NCBI GenBank assembly: GCA_963733375.1
Contig: CAVTDB010000013.1
Coordinates: 1-64,000, forward strand
Reading direction: 5' to 3'
Length of the DNA: 64,000 nt
Source of the DNA: Nitrospirota bacterium
GTDB taxonomy: Bacteria; Nitrospirota; JACRHJ01
Part shown: positions 42,767-55,673 of the stretch, piece by piece
Position numbering within the stretch: the first letter of the stretch is position 1
How the letters are laid out: the number at the start of each line of letters is the position of its first letter
Notes under the pieces: model-generated
Seen by the model: the letters and a program-made list of their open reading frames with translations, nothing else
What the model was told of the DNA's origin: nothing
Database searches by the model: none
Made by a program: the position numbers and the translations under genes

Positions 42767-42819
42767 CTTTAAAACCTCGCTTTCTTTTGCTACTTTTCTT
42801 TCTCGCGAAAGAAAAGTAG
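42767..42819. repeat. Repeat family R1, copy 5 (single H1rc) between convergent genes
   Basis: GCTTTCTTTTG CTACTTTTCTTTC..GAAAGAAAAGTAG. Confidence 0.85.
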
Positions 42820-42824
42820 AGGTC

Positions 42825-43835
42825 TTATTTTAAAATAAACAAATAAAGAATAAACAGCGCGTAAAGCCCCCCACAGGCGAGCAGTACGTGCGGCTTTATC
42901 TCCTTCTTTAGCTTTAGCGTTAAATATAGGCCCGAGGCGGACAAAAGCGCGAGGACGGCGGATACCATAGTGGGGCCCCTCAGGTCCCAGTGCGTGAATG
43001 CGACGCCTATGGCAACCGGGAAGCTGGCCTGAAAGACCATCGCCCCGGTGATGTTCCCGACGGCAAGGGTATCTTTTTTGTCCCTTATCCAGAGCACGCT
43101 GTTCATTTTCTCCGGGAAGCTCCGTCGCGATGGGCGTGACCAGCAGGGAGAGTATAAGGGTCGGCACGGAAAGCATCCCTGCCACGTGCTGTACCGCGAC
43201 GACGAAATAATGCGCACCACAACTATCAGGCCAAGGGCGACGATTATCTGAAGCGAGATGAACCGCTTTTTTGCGCGCTTGCTGTTAAAGAGCTTCGAGA
43301 GGTACAGGATTTCCAGCTCGCCGTGGCCTTCTCCTTTATGCCTTAAAGAGACGTACAGATAGACGCCGTATGAGAGCATGAGGCAGGCCGCGATAACATT
43401 ATCTAATAACGCCGTGCGGCGCGAACGTCGCGAGGCAGGCGACCGAAGACATCCCTATGAAGAAGGCTAAATCCCTCTCTTTTACGGCCACGTCGAACTT
43501 CAGGGCTTTCCTGCGCCTGCCCTTTTTGTGGTAGTAAAAGACGGCCGCGCCCGTTACGGACATCGCAAGCGTCGCGAGCATGAACGGAGCGCCCGCGATG
43601 GCCCCAGCGGCCACGTCCATGCCTTCCCTGTTACCCGCGATAAGGGCCAGTACGGGGATGGAGGTCTCCGGGAGCGCCGTGCCCACCGCCGCCAGCACTT
43701 GGAGCCGGTCGCGCCCCGCGATAAGTCCATCTTCTTCCCGGCCCATTCGACCCCGTTCGTGAACAGCTCGCAGGCGAAAAGTATCAGCGCGAGGCTTACG
43801 ATTAAAAGCAGGGGATATAAAAAATATTGAGCCAT
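42825..43835 (-). CDS. Sodium/calcium exchanger (CaCA) family membrane protein (frameshifted)
   Basis: ELFTNGVEW, LAAVGTALPET, GAPFML, PIATELPEKMNS, AVGNITGAMVFQ alpha-repeats. Confidence 0.88.
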
Positions 43836-43845
43836 GATTTACATT

Positions 43846-43945
43846 CTACTTTTCTTTCACGTGAAAGAAAAGTAGCAAAAGAAAGCGGGGCCTTTAATTC
43901 CGGCTTTTCTTTGCCTACTTTCTTTTCACCCGAAAAGAAAGTAGG
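43846..43945. repeat. Repeat family R1, copy 6 (H1+H1rc, CTAC/GTAG variant)
   Basis: CTACTTTTCTTTC..GAAAGAAAAGTAG CAAAAGAAAGC...GCTTTTCTTTG.CTACTTTCTTTTC..GAAAAGAAAGTAG. Confidence 0.92.
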
Positions 43946-43975
43946 TTGACAAAAAGATAATTCTGGGGCTAAGAT
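43946..43975 (+). promoter_or_regulatory. Sigma70 promoter directly abutting repeat R1 copy 6
   Basis: TTGACA-N18-TAAGAT. Confidence 0.5.
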
Positions 43976-44025
43976 AGTCATGGTCGGAATTATCAACGTT
44001 GACTTGCGGAGAGGATTGGTTTTTC

Positions 44026-44220
44026 ATGGCGTGGGAATGGCATATGATCGAGGAGGAGAAGGCGCTCCGGGCGCTCAAGAAGATGGTGGAAGGCGCGGCG
44101 GTAAAGCTGAAAGAGCCGACTTTAAGCGAACTGGAGGCGGTACGGCTGATGGAGATTACCCGCACATGGGTATCGAAGGTATTCCCGGAGAAACTCCGGG
44201 CTTACGACGCGGCTGAATAA
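44026..44220 (+). CDS. Small hypothetical protein
   Basis: GAGGA upstream; helical ORF; C-terminus possibly frameshifted. Confidence 0.5.
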   Translation: MAWEWHMIEEEKALRALKKMVEGAAVKLKEPTLSELEAVRLMEITRTWVSKVFPEKLRAYDAAE

Positions 44221-44258
44221 GCCGCGCCTTGAGAACATCTATTACAGGAAGGCCGGCC

Positions 44259-44565
44259 ATGAAGGACGATAAGCTTGCGGAATCACTGGGAAGAATTGGC
44301 CGTCTCTCTCGGCGTTAAGGTCAATTACGAAAAGATTAAAAAACACACTGCGCGCCAGCCCAAAGGCGGCCTCTGCGTCGTAAATGGCGAGCCGCGCATC
44401 ATCGTGCACCGGCCCCTTGCCGCGTCCGAGAGGGTCCAGGTCCTAATCGAGTCCCTCCAGGGATACGACCTGGAAAACGTATACATGGCCCCTGAAGTCC
44501 GCCAGGCCATCGAAGGCGCCCTGCCGCTACTCCAAAGTGGAGGTAGTTATGAACAAAGACGCTGA
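44259..44565 (+). CDS. Small hypothetical protein (N-terminal frameshift)
   Basis: EELAVSLGVKV.YE...GGLC.V.GE..II.......DLENVY..P.VR pattern. Confidence 0.65.
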
Positions 44566-45378
44566 TATACGGGCATACAATCTCCGCGAAAACATTCCTT
44601 TTGGAAAAAGACACCCGAAATAGATGAAAAATTCCTCGACCATCATTATTTGAATCCATCAAATCCAGCTGATACGGATACCGGATCTCTTATCTCAGGC
44701 TTTTATCATCCGCTCAAAACGCAAACATGAAGGCGGGCGTCATTGGGGGATCAATTGGCGGTGTAGAAAAACTATCGAAAGTCCTTTTTAATTTTAATCC
44801 TGCTGCCGTAACACAACATTACGGAAAAGATGAAAGGGAATTACTTGGCACTATTAAAACAGAGCTAAAACCTAATGGCACAGTCAGTGAAAAACCTCGA
44901 AGCATATGGCTTAAATATTGTCGTACCATTTTAGAGGCTGCGGAGTTTTTTTTAGATTTCCATAATGACACCCGAGTTTTATGATTGGGTTAATCATTTA
45001 CTATAAAGATGAAAAATCATTAGATGCTTTGCCGATAGATTTCTTGAAAGAAAAAATTTATGGCATACGGATTTGCTCTCGCGTGTGATTTTCTTACAGG
45101 AACTTGGATTTGTTACAATATGGAAAGCCTGATGTTCAGCATAAAAGAAATATTTGAAGCATTATCTTTCGTTGAAACCAAAGTCATCGGACGACCCAGA
45201 TTTTAACAGCTGATACAACGTATTGCCAGGCAATGTCGGCGTGACTCCTTATAATGTTGATAATGCTGTTTTGGTTAATTGGAAGTGGCAAATTTTACAA
45301 ACACCCTAATATTGCGTGTAACGCGGACGCGTTGTGAGAAGGAAGGAAATATTTATCAATTATTGAGGGAAATATGAT
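44549..45378 (+). CDS. Low-GC hypothetical protein, heavily indel-disrupted, with an HhH-like segment
   Basis: GGAGG RBS; joined frames give ..GFALACDFL.ELG....GKPDV(H)IK.IF...VTPYNVD..FWLIGSGKFY. Confidence 0.5.
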
Positions 45379-45411
45379 ATCCAGGACAGCTTCAACTCTA
45401 GAAAAAGGTGG

Positions 45412-45628
45412 GATGCCACAGACATACTCGAAGAATTATAGATTTTGCTCAACTTGCGAATTATTGGGGCGGCAATAGAACCGTTGATAATTTTGGATTC
45501 AAAAGCATCATGTTGACTCTTTAGCTATTGAAGGAAAATGTTTATTGCAAGGCGGCCCGTGGAAAGGGCAAAACAGGCAAGCGAATATGTCCTGTAATAA
45601 ATGGGAAAAATGGGCTGCACTAAAATAA
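45412..45628 (+). CDS. Small Cys-rich hypothetical protein (frameshifted)
   Basis: Joined frames: FCSTC.YWGGNR...GKCL...MSCNKWEKWAALK*. Confidence 0.45.
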
Positions 45629-45746
45629 CTCGAAAACATAAAGGTCGAACAGCTCAAAGTAACTGCACAACCAGACGTAGGCAAATCCCGAAGGACAAAA
45701 TTACGCTTTCCACGCCTTTTTCCCCCTTTTCGGCTATAATTTAATA

Positions 45747-47278
45747 ATGGCCGAACTTCCACTCATACTCCCGTACGACCAGTACAACTATGAAACTGGT
45801 CGCCAACGTGCATCCGCTCGGACTGGAAAAACCCGGAACCGGCGCCGATGTATAACCTCGTGATAATCGGCGCGGGGACCGCGGGGCTTGTCACGGCGGC
45901 AATCGCGGCGGCGGTCGGGGCGAAGGTCGCGTTGATCGAGAAGCGGCTTATCGGCGGGGACTGCCTGAACCTCGGTTGTGTGCCCTCGAAGACCATAATC
46001 AGCTCGTCCAGGATTTCCCCCGAAGAGGTAAGAGAAGCCGCAAGTCACGGGGTGAATGTAATCTGCGGCGCGGAGGCGGATTTCCCGGCGGTGATGGAGC
46101 GGATGAGGCGGCTTCGGGCGCGCATAAGCCAGCACGATTCCGCCTCTCGCTTCCAGGAGATGGGCGTCGATATTTTCCTGGGCGCGGGGAAGTTCACGGG
46201 CCGCATTCGGCGTAGTGGGAGAGAGCGAATTAAAATTTAAAAAAGCGCTAATCGCGACAGGCGCGCGGCCTTTCGTGCCGCCGGTCGAGGGATTATCGGG
46301 CGTAGGATACTTAACGAACGAAAACATATTCAACCTGACCACCCGGCCCGCGCGGTTCGGGATACTGGGGGGCGGAGCTATGGGCTGCGAGATGGCGCAG
46401 GCGTTAGAGGCTGGGCTCCCAGGTGACCATCTTGCAAAATAAGAGACTGATGGAGAAGGAGGATTCCGAGGCCTCTGCCATTATCCATGGGGTTTTCCAC
46501 AAAGAAGGCGTCCGGATTGTGCTGGGAGACAAAAAAGTAACGAAGGTCGAAGTTCGCGGCAATGAAAAAATCATATTCTGGAGGGGCCGGAAGGGGCGGG
46601 AGACAGGACCGAGGAGCTTCACGTGGACGAGCTTTTAATATCAGTCGGCCGGACGCCGAACGTCAAAGGCCTGGGGCTGGAAGACGCGGGGGTGGAGTTC
46701 GACCTCCGCTCGGGGGTGAAGGTCGATGAGCATCTCCGGAGCACGAACCACGATATCTATGCCGCGGGCGACGTATGCCTGAAATATAAGTTCACCCATA
46801 CCGCCGACGCCGCCGCAAGGGTCGTTGCCGCGACGCCTTATTTTCCGCCCGCCGAAAATTCAGCACGACTTCCGTCCCCTGGTGCACGTTTACGGACCCG
46901 GAGGTGGCGCACGTCGGGCTTTGTCCGGAAGACAGCGCTTGCGATGCCGTGGAGATGGATACGTTCACGAAAGATTTCGGCGAGATCGACCGTACGGTTT
47001 TGAAGGCGAGGAAGAGGGGTTCGTCAAGATCCACGTGAAGAAGGGGACGGACAAGATCCTGGGCGCGACAATCGTGGCCAGAAACGCGGGCGACATGATA
47101 ACCGAGATCGCACTCGCCATGCACACGGAATCGGACTGAAGGAAATCTCCAGACCATCCACCCCTACCCCACCCGCGCCGAGGCCATAAAGCGCGCGGCT
47201 GACGAATATATGGCCTCAAGCCTCACTCCCGGCATGAAGAAGTGGCTCGGCAGGTGGATGGAAATGAAACGGAAGTAA
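45747..47278 (+). CDS. Pyridine nucleotide-disulfide oxidoreductase (MerA/Lpd-like, no C-terminal Cys pair), frameshifted
   Basis: IIGAGTAGL, GGDCLNLGCVPSK, IATGARP, GRTPN, IYAAGDV, FTDPEVAHVG, IHPYPT. Confidence 0.88.
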
Positions 47279-47289
47279 AATATGCCGCA

Positions 47290-47799
47290 TTAAAACAGGT
47301 TCAGAAGCTCCTCGACCGCCTTCGCCTTCCTCTGCACTTCCTCCGCCATGTTCTGCTTGTAGTCCACCAGTTTAATGGCCACTTCAGTGTCGAATGCGCC
47401 TATTATCTGCGCCGCGAGGATGCCCGCGTTCTTCGCCCCGGCCTTGCCGATCGCCATCGTCGCGACGGGTACGCCGCCCGGCATCTGCGCCGTGGAGAGG
47501 AGCGAGTCCAGGCCATTTAAAGAAGAGGAATCTATGGGCACGCCGATTACCGGCAGAGTCGTCGCAGCCGCGATAAAACCGGCCAGGTGCGCCGCCCCGC
47601 CCGCGCCCGCTATGATGACTTTTAGGCCTTTGCCAGCGGCCTCGACCGCGAATTTATGCGCCTTCTCCGGCGTCCTGTGCGCGGACGCCACCGTCACCAC
47701 GGAAGGTATCTTGAACTCGTCCAATACCCTCTTCGCCTCCTGCATAACGGATAAGTCCGAGTCCGACCCCATCACTATCCCAACTAGCGGCTGTGCCAT
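47290..47799 (-). CDS. purE: N5-carboxyaminoimidazole ribonucleotide mutase
   Basis: VGIVMGSDSD, SAHRTP, IAGAGGAAHLAG, PVIGVP, QMPGGVPVAT. Confidence 0.97.
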   Translation of the reverse strand: MAQPLVGIVMGSDSDLSVMQEAKRVLDEFKIPSVVTVASAHRTPEKAHKFAVEAAGKGLKVIIAGAGGAAHLAGFIAAATTLPVIGVPIDSSSLNGLDSLLSTAQMPGGVPVATMAIGKAGAKNAGILAAQIIGAFDTEVAIKLVDYKQNMAEEVQRKAKAVEELLNLF

Positions 47800-47921
47800 A
47801 TCGCCTCCTGTTTTTTCTTAAGTACAGCCCATATAGCAAATACGGCCGGTTTAATAAAGTATTTTTCTTGTGCGGGGGAGGGCAGAGGATTAAAATAAGA
47901 TTATTTTTGGAAATTGTGGGA

Positions 47922-47990
47922 CCAAAAACTTTTAGGTTTTTAACCCCCCGTTTTCTTTTGCTACTTTTCTTTCCCGTGAAAAAAGCGTAG
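47922..47990. repeat. Repeat family R1, copy 7 (partial H2 + degenerate H1rc)
   Basis: CCAAAAACTTTT...GTTTTCTTTTG CTACTTTTCTTTC..GAAAAAAGCGTAG. Confidence 0.75.
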
Positions 47991-47999
47991 GGACTTAAA

Positions 48000-50949
48000 A
48001 TGACACCTAATCTACATATCCTTCCCTTCGGGCCGCCCGCATGGGAGAAGCGAAAAGAAATACTTGCCGGGATTATCGCCTCGCGCCCTGGGCCCCCGTG
48101 GGATTTCCGCGATATGCTTTACCTCGTCCCGAACGAGCGCATGGTAAAGTCGGTACGCGCGCTGTTCCTTGACGCGCTCTTTGAAAAAACGGGGGCGGCC
48201 GGCTGTATCCCGCCCGGCGTCATGGCCTTGAACCGCTTCATCCAGTCACGGGTGGACGGCACTAAAACTATCTCTCCGCTGGCCAGAAAACTTCTGCTGG
48301 AGGAGGTTTGCCAGGGTATTGCCGGTGTCCCGGGGCTGGAAGACGAGGCCCTTCTGAGGTCGCTTTCAGGGCCGGTTTCAGAGGCGCTGGAAAAGGCGTA
48401 CCTTCATAATGCCGGGGACAGTCTTCTTCACGCAAGCGACAATCCGGCGCTCTTTGCCCTGGCACGCGCAAAGAAAGAGTACGAGAGGCGTCTTTCGGAA
48501 CTGGGCCTTTTGACCGGGCGCGTCTTTTGTCCCTGTGGGAGCCGAAGCCGGAAGGTTTTCCCGAATATCGCCTGATAATACTGGACGGTTTCTACGACGC
48601 CCTGCCGCACGAGCTTCGCCTTATGAAGGCGCTTTCAAGTGGCCGGACGCTCTATTTTATCCTCGAAGCGCCCGGGCTATCCGGCGGATTATCCGCCGAA
48701 AAAGGAAACCGGCGCCGCGCCCGGCGATGCCGCGACGTCAGAACTCGGTGGCGAAGGGATGCCGTACGCGGGTACAGAGCGGCTGATTAACGAGCTGTTC
48801 CCGGGCGTGGAAATAAGGCCGGATTATCCTCCCGCCGAAGAAGACGCTCAATTACTCTCCGGGGCGGTATTCCTGGGGAGGCCGCTTCGGGAGACGGTAA
48901 AGCTTTTAAAAGCCGGAAGTCCCAAGCCTCTCAATTGGCGGATTATCTCCGCCATGACTCTCGAAGACGAAGTCGCCTTTATCGCCCGCACTATAAAGGA
49001 ACGCGCACTGGCAGGAAATTTAAACCTGGATAAGACGCTGGTCATGTTCCCGGAGCCCATACGGTACCAGCACGCCTTCAAGAAAATCTTTGACGATTAC
49101 GGCATCCCGTACAGCTTCCAGGAGACGCGGCCGCTAATCGGCGAACCCCTGGCCCAGGTCTTCCTGGACCTTCTCTCCATCCCTGCCGGGGACTACCCGT
49201 TCCGCCTGATGAGGCGCGCGTTTTACTCGCCTTTAATCACGCTTGGAGAGGCGGGAAACAAGGCCCTGGAGTTCGACCGGTACGCCCGCATTGAGGGGAT
49301 TACCGGCGGGCGGCGGCGCTGGGAGGTTTTAGCCCGTGTCGCCAAATTACCTTTTACGGCCGAGCTTAGTGCGCTCCTTGATTTACTGAAGCCCCTGGAG
49401 GCGAGGGAACTGCATCCGGCAAAATGGGCGGAACTCGCATCAAGTCTGCTGGAGCGCTCCGGGATGGCATTGAAGGCATTGAATCCCCGGAACCTGTGCC
49501 GCCGATAGAGCAGCTTCAAGGGACCCTTTCCGAGCTTCGGGCGGCCCTTAAAAACCTGACCTTGCGGGTGACGCTCGGCCGCTTCATCGGGATATTAAAA
49601 GGGGCGCTTTCCGAGGTACAGGCGAAGAGGACAGCCGACGCCTTTTCAGGCGTGCGTGTGCTGGGCAGGCTGGAGGCGTTTTCGGAAGGGTTCGATACCG
49701 TCTTCATCGCCGGCCTGAACTCAGGCTCACTGCCATCGCCTGTGCGCCGTGATTTATTTTCCCTGGATGAAAAAGGGGCAGGGTCGGCATCCTTGGACGG
49801 CAAGACCCGCGACTGCCGCCTGTTCCTGGGGCTTGTCCTGGGGGCGCGGGAAGTTTACCTGTCGTACCCGAAAGAAAGCGGCGGGAAACCTTCGACCCCG
49901 TCGCCCTGGATCATGGCGCTAAGGCCGTTCGTTATCGCGGGCGCGGCGGAAGAAATTAACGATTACTGCCGCCCCTCCGGGCTGGAGGACGCGCTGGGAG
50001 AAGAAGAATTTATACGCGCGCTATCCATGAACGGATACGGGAGTGTTGCGGCCCCTGCCTCCCCCGTCCATCACCCCCGCCCCCCGTAATCCAAAAGCGG
50101 AGGTTCTCGGTTACGGAACTGGAAGATTACATCAAGTGCCCTTACAGGTACTATCACCGCTGGGTACTCCGGGATAATCCGCCGGAGGAACCGTCCGACG
50201 ACGCGGCTCCGGACGCTTCCGGCAGGGCGGTGCATGGCATACTGGCGAAGTTTTATGCGCGGCGCAGCGGGCCGGTGCGGAAAGATGAGATAGCATAGGC
50301 ATACAAGGAGCTGTCAAAGCTTGCCGATGAACAGTTTGCCGCGCTGGCCGATACCCTGGCGAACCGGGAGGCAAAACGCAAGTTCCTGGAAAAAATCGCG
50401 CCGAAGGTCCTGGCGGCGGACGCTGAACTGCCGCCCGGCACGGTAATAAAAGATGTGGAAAAGAAAATCGAGGGAGAGCTTCCCGTCAGCGACACGGAAA
50501 CAGTTACAGTCGTCGGGAAGATAGACCGTCTTGAGCTTAGCGCAGGCGGCTCGTTTGCGGTAGTGGACTACAAGACGGGCAAATATCCCGGAAAGGAAAT
50601 CCCGCTTGAGAAGGGTTTTCAGCTCCCGCTGTATGCGTACCTGCTCCGGCAATACCTGCCGGAACAAAGGCCGTCCGCATTCATTTATTACAACTTGGGC
50701 AAGGCAGGCGAGACCCGGGACATAGTATGCTACGACACCACCGCTTCACTCCGAAAAGCGGTAAACAGCAAGCAACGCAAGCGCGAAGGCGGCGGGGAAA
50801 TGGATGAGCATATCGACAGCATAGCCGAAAAAGCGTCAAAGGCCGTGCGCGGAATAATTGCCGGTGAATTTCCCAAGGCCAATAACGAGGACGAATGCAG
50901 GTACTGCGAAGTAGCAGACGCATGTCCCGGCGCGGAAGAAGAAGAGTGA
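48000..50949 (+). CDS. addB: AddB-like subunit with PD-(D/E)XK nuclease and Fe-S staple (multiple frameshifts)
   Basis: YLVPNER, ILDGF, DEVAFIA; SVTELEDYIKCPY; GKIDRLE, VVDYKTG, QLPLYA, CRYCEVADAC. Confidence 0.82.
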
Positions 50950-50954
50950 TAAAT

Positions 50955-51061
50955 CGTTACTTTTTTCGGGAAAAAGGTAACACCAAAAGACTTTTAAGTT
51001 TGTTTTTAAAGCCCACGCTTTCTTTTGCGTTACTTTTCTTTCTCGGAAAGAAAAGTAACGG
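50955..51061. repeat. Repeat family R1, copy 8 (H2+H1rc) between addB and addA
   Basis: GTTACTTTTTT..AAAAAGGTAAC ACCAAAAGACTTTT...GCTTTCTTTTGC GTTACTTTTCTTTC.GAAAGAAAAGTAAC. Confidence 0.9.
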
Positions 51062-51067
51062 TTTGGA

Positions 51068-54000
51068 GTGGAATCGATGAGGGTCGAAGGACAGGCAAGG
51101 GCCGCAAGGCCGGATAAATCGGCGCTGCTGAAGGCGCCGGCGGGCTCGGGCAAGACGGGCGCGCTGGTGGGGCGTCTTTTGCACCTTCTGTCCGCGGGCG
51201 CCGAGCCGCCTGATATTGCCGCCATAACTTTCACCGAGAAGGCTGCGGCGGAGATGAAGGAGCGGCTTTATAAAACCTTAAGCGACCCGGAGCTATGCCG
51301 GTTGACCGCGAAAGAGGCGCTCGAACTTCTGCCTGAAGACGCGCCATTTCCTTTGACCTTGACACTGGAAGAGATATTCTCGAAGTTAGTCCGCGAGCCG
51401 GACTCGCTTAAGGTAAGCACCATCCACGCGTTCCTGCTGGACCTGCTCAGGGCGCATCCTCTGGAGGCCGGCCTGCCGGCGGACTTCGAGGTCCTGCCGG
51501 AAACGGGCCTTCTGCTTCGGCGCGAGGCGGCGGTCGATGAAGTTATAAAGGCCCTTGAAAAAGGAGAACTGCCCCGCGAGTACAACGAGCTTTACCGCGC
51601 CGGATATGACGTAAGGAAACTCCGGGCTTTAATCTCCCTCTCGCTTGAGAAGCGGGGGGCGGTAATGCGGGCGCGCGCGAACTCTGGCGGGCTGACGCTT
51701 GAAATTGAAAGGGCCCATTCGCTGCTCCGGGAGATGACACAGTCGGGTGCCGCGCAGTCGCTGGCGATGCGGGCTTTGGAGCTTATACCGGAACTGCTGG
51801 AAGGGCCGTTTTTGGATGCGATTTCCAGGCTGTCGACGTTAAAAGACCCGGAGGAACTGCCGGACATATATGACGGACTAAAGGACCTGTTCTATAAAAA
51901 AACGGACGGCGAGCCTCTCGCCAAAATACCACCGTCAAAAAAGATTTCAAGGAGGTTTACGGCAATGAGGAGTGGGCGGCCAAGCGGGCGCGCTGGGAGG
52001 AAATATATCCGGAACTCAGGGAATCGTTCTCAGGCCTTCGCATACCTTTTCGACTCGTACGTACAGGCGGCGGCGAAGGACGCCTTCCTTAAGCTGTCCG
52101 CGCTCTCCGATAAGGTTTACAGGGCAATGTGTCTCCGGGACGGCTTCATAGACTTCGAGGACATAGAGCTTTACGCGCTGAAGCTTTTATCTTCCCGCTC
52201 CAGCGTCCGGGTCCCGAAACACCTGCTGGTGGACGAGTTCCAGGACACGTCCCAAATCCAGTGGGACCTGCTGTATAAGATGGCGGAGGAGCAGTTCTCG
52301 GGACAGGGCGTGGAAGGTCCCGGTAGCCCCACCTTCTTCGCCGTCGGAGACATTAACCAGTCCATCTACCGCTTCAGGAAGGCGGAGCCCCGGCTGATGA
52401 AAAGCTTAAGGCCGCTGATGGAGGAGCGTATTTTACCCGGAAGGCGGGATTTCCCGGAGCTCGATATTAATTTCCGCAGCGCGCCCGAGATAACCCGGTT
52501 CACGGACCAGACTTTCGCGCCGCTTCTCGGGGAGGATTACAAGGGGGGCCGGGCGGCAAGGCAAGGTTTCAAGGGAAGCGTCCGGCTCAGGGTTTCCGCC
52601 GACGAGCCGTGGGCGCTGGCGGATGAGGCGCTTCGGGCGCTCGACCTGGACGTTTGGGCGGGCGGAGGAATCCGCAAGGCTCATTTCGGGGATATGGCCG
52701 TGCTGATACAGTCCCGGACGCGGCTGAAGGAGTACGAGAGGGCGCTTCGGGAAAACGGCATCCCGTTTCAGGTATCCGGCGGCACCGGGTTTTTCCAGCA
52801 GGACGAGGTTTTAACCATCCTGTCCGTCCTCAAATTCCTGGAGAACCGTCTTGACGTCTTCTCTTTACGGCAGGCGCTTAAATCTCCGCTCTTCGGTATC
52901 CCGGAATGGATTATCCCGCCGCTAACCGGCAAAGACTTCCTGGCCGAAATCGCCGGAATTCAACCGGACGCCGCGGAGCTTTTCGAGATGTGGACCCAGG
53001 CGGCGAAGACCCTGCCGCTGTCCGAACTCGTGGACGAGGTAATAAAAACATCGTCGGCATATCCAAGGCTCGGGCGAATCGGCGGCGCGCAGGCGGTATT
53101 CAACATCGACAAGCTCTCCGGCCTCGCGCGGGAGTTCGAAGCCGGGGGGTCAAAAGGCGCGGGCGGCGGCGGGCGGCGGCCTGCATGATTTCATCCAGTG
53201 GGTGCGGGAGTACCGCCGGAGCGAGGACCTGCCCTCGGCAGGCATACGGACGGGGGACTCCAAATACCTGACGATTCTAACCGTACACTCGGCAAAGGGG
53301 CTCGAGTTTCCTATCGTGTTGCTGCCGGGCATGGGCGCGGGCACCAGGAACGGTACCGACGAAGTCCTGTTCGGCCCGCCCGGCGGGGACCTTCCTTTCG
53401 CCATAAAGACCGACTCGCTCCTGGAGCAGAACAGGGATTACCAGACGCTTAAGGACCGGGAGGCCGAAGAGCGGGCATGGGAGCGTAAAAGGCTTTTTTA
53501 CGTCGCGGTGACGAGGGCGCGCGACCATCTGGTGATGCTGTCGGATAAGCCGGAAGGAGCAAAGGATACCTTCCTGAGACTGCTTATAGACCCGGAAGCC
53601 CGTCAACTTGCCCCGCCGCCCGAATGCCTGTTCCCGGATGGCTTTTCAGCGGAGGTGCCTGAATATGATTACCCCGAATCGAGCCCTATGCAAGGGGTGA
53701 AGCAGATGCCCCTCTCCCATCCGTGGGCCACCTTGCGGCCGCGAAGGGGCCGAAGATGGAAAGATGCAATGCGCCTGAGCATGAGGGCGGGGAGAGGGGG
53801 AATATGAACGTGCCCCCGCCCGGGAACCTGGCCCCCCTGTCCGGCGGCAAAGGCGTCCGCTTCATATCGCCAAGCGCTCTTGCAGACCACGCCCTGATAA
53901 AAGCGGCGTCGCCGGAGGGCTCAATGGTTACGGGCAAGCTGGTGCACGAGGCGCTGGAATCCTTCGGCAGGACCGGCTTCTACAATTTAAGGCGGCTGAC

Positions 54001-54368
54001 CTCCTTCGGCCAGTCCTCCAGGCAGGAGGCCGCCGAGGCTGAAAAAATCCTGTCCAGCCTTCTGTCGAAGCCGCCTGATGAAAGAACTGCTCTCCGCGGG
54101 CGTCGGGAAGCATTTCGAGCTTCCGCTTCTTCTCCGGAATAAAGACGAAATAATTTACGGTTTCGCCGACCTGGTTATCGTGGCGGACGGTGTTGCTACG
54201 GTCATAGATTTCAAGACCGGCATGTCGGACGTCCCGGAAGAGCTGTGCCGCTTGGCGTACCGGCCCCAGCTTGAGGCGTACGCGGAGGCGGTACGGGAGG
54301 TTTTTGGCGTGCCGATCGTAGAGAAATACCTGCTGATTGCCGAAACCGGCAAGCTGTTAGCAGTCTAA
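51068..54368 (+). CDS. addA: AddA-like UvrD helicase-nuclease (frameshifted)
   Basis: APAGSGKT, AITFTEKAAAEM, VSTIHAF, LVDEFQDTS, VGDINQSIYRFR, NFRS, LTVHSAKGLEF, YVAVTRARD; nuclease GFADL..VIDFKTG, YRPQLEAY. Confidence 0.88.
53716..53790 (-). repeat. ~75-bp structured repeat, copy B, inside the addA linker, enclosed by CCCCTCTCCC/GGGAGAGGGG
   Basis: Reverse complement aligns without gaps to 5281-5355. Confidence 0.85.
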
Positions 54369-54436
54369 TTTCCTTTACCAAACCGGAATTTTCTGGTAAA
54401 GTTTTAGCTTTCTTGCCTTTTTTATCATCTTATCAT

Positions 54437-54533
54437 CTACTTTTCTTTCACGAAAAAGAAAAGTAGCAAAAGAAAACGGGACTTTAACCCCGGCTTTTCT
54501 TTGCTACTTTCTTTTCACCTGAAAAGAAAGTAG
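54437..54533. repeat. Repeat family R1, copy 9 (H1+H1rc) upstream of gap
   Basis: CTACTTTTCTTT..AAAGAAAAGTAG CAAAAGAAAAC GGGACTTTAACCCC GGCTTTTCTTTG CTACTTTCTTTTC..GAAAAGAAAGTAG. Confidence 0.92.
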
Positions 54534-54554
54534 GGTTTTTTTTAGTATAATTAA

Positions 54555-55601
<1,047 letters not shown>

Positions 55602-55605
55602 AATA

Positions 55606-55642
55606 CCCCCTCCCTTTGTCCCTCCCCCGCAGGCGGGGAGGG
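55606..55642. repeat. CCCTCCCC/GGGGAGGG palindromic repeat between gap and pgk
   Basis: CCCCCTCCCTTTGT CCCTCCCC-cgcaggc-GGGGAGGG. Confidence 0.55.
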
Positions 55643-55673
55643 TCAAAAGGCGGTGATATATCCGGAGGCGCCC

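Noticed and set aside
45747-47278. Mercuric reductase / mer operon
   Set aside because: No C-terminal Cys-Cys, no NmerA domain and no merR/T/P; the HPYPT motif fits an Lpd-like oxidoreductase.
50296-50298. In-frame TAG in addB as pyrrolysine or stop-codon recoding
   Set aside because: Isolated case; TAG is used as a normal stop elsewhere (8422, 27710, 35612) and no pyl genes are in view.
48000-50949. Cas4 or a defence nuclease
   Set aside because: The Fe-S PD-(D/E)XK domain is the C-terminus of a long AddB-like protein directly upstream of AddA.
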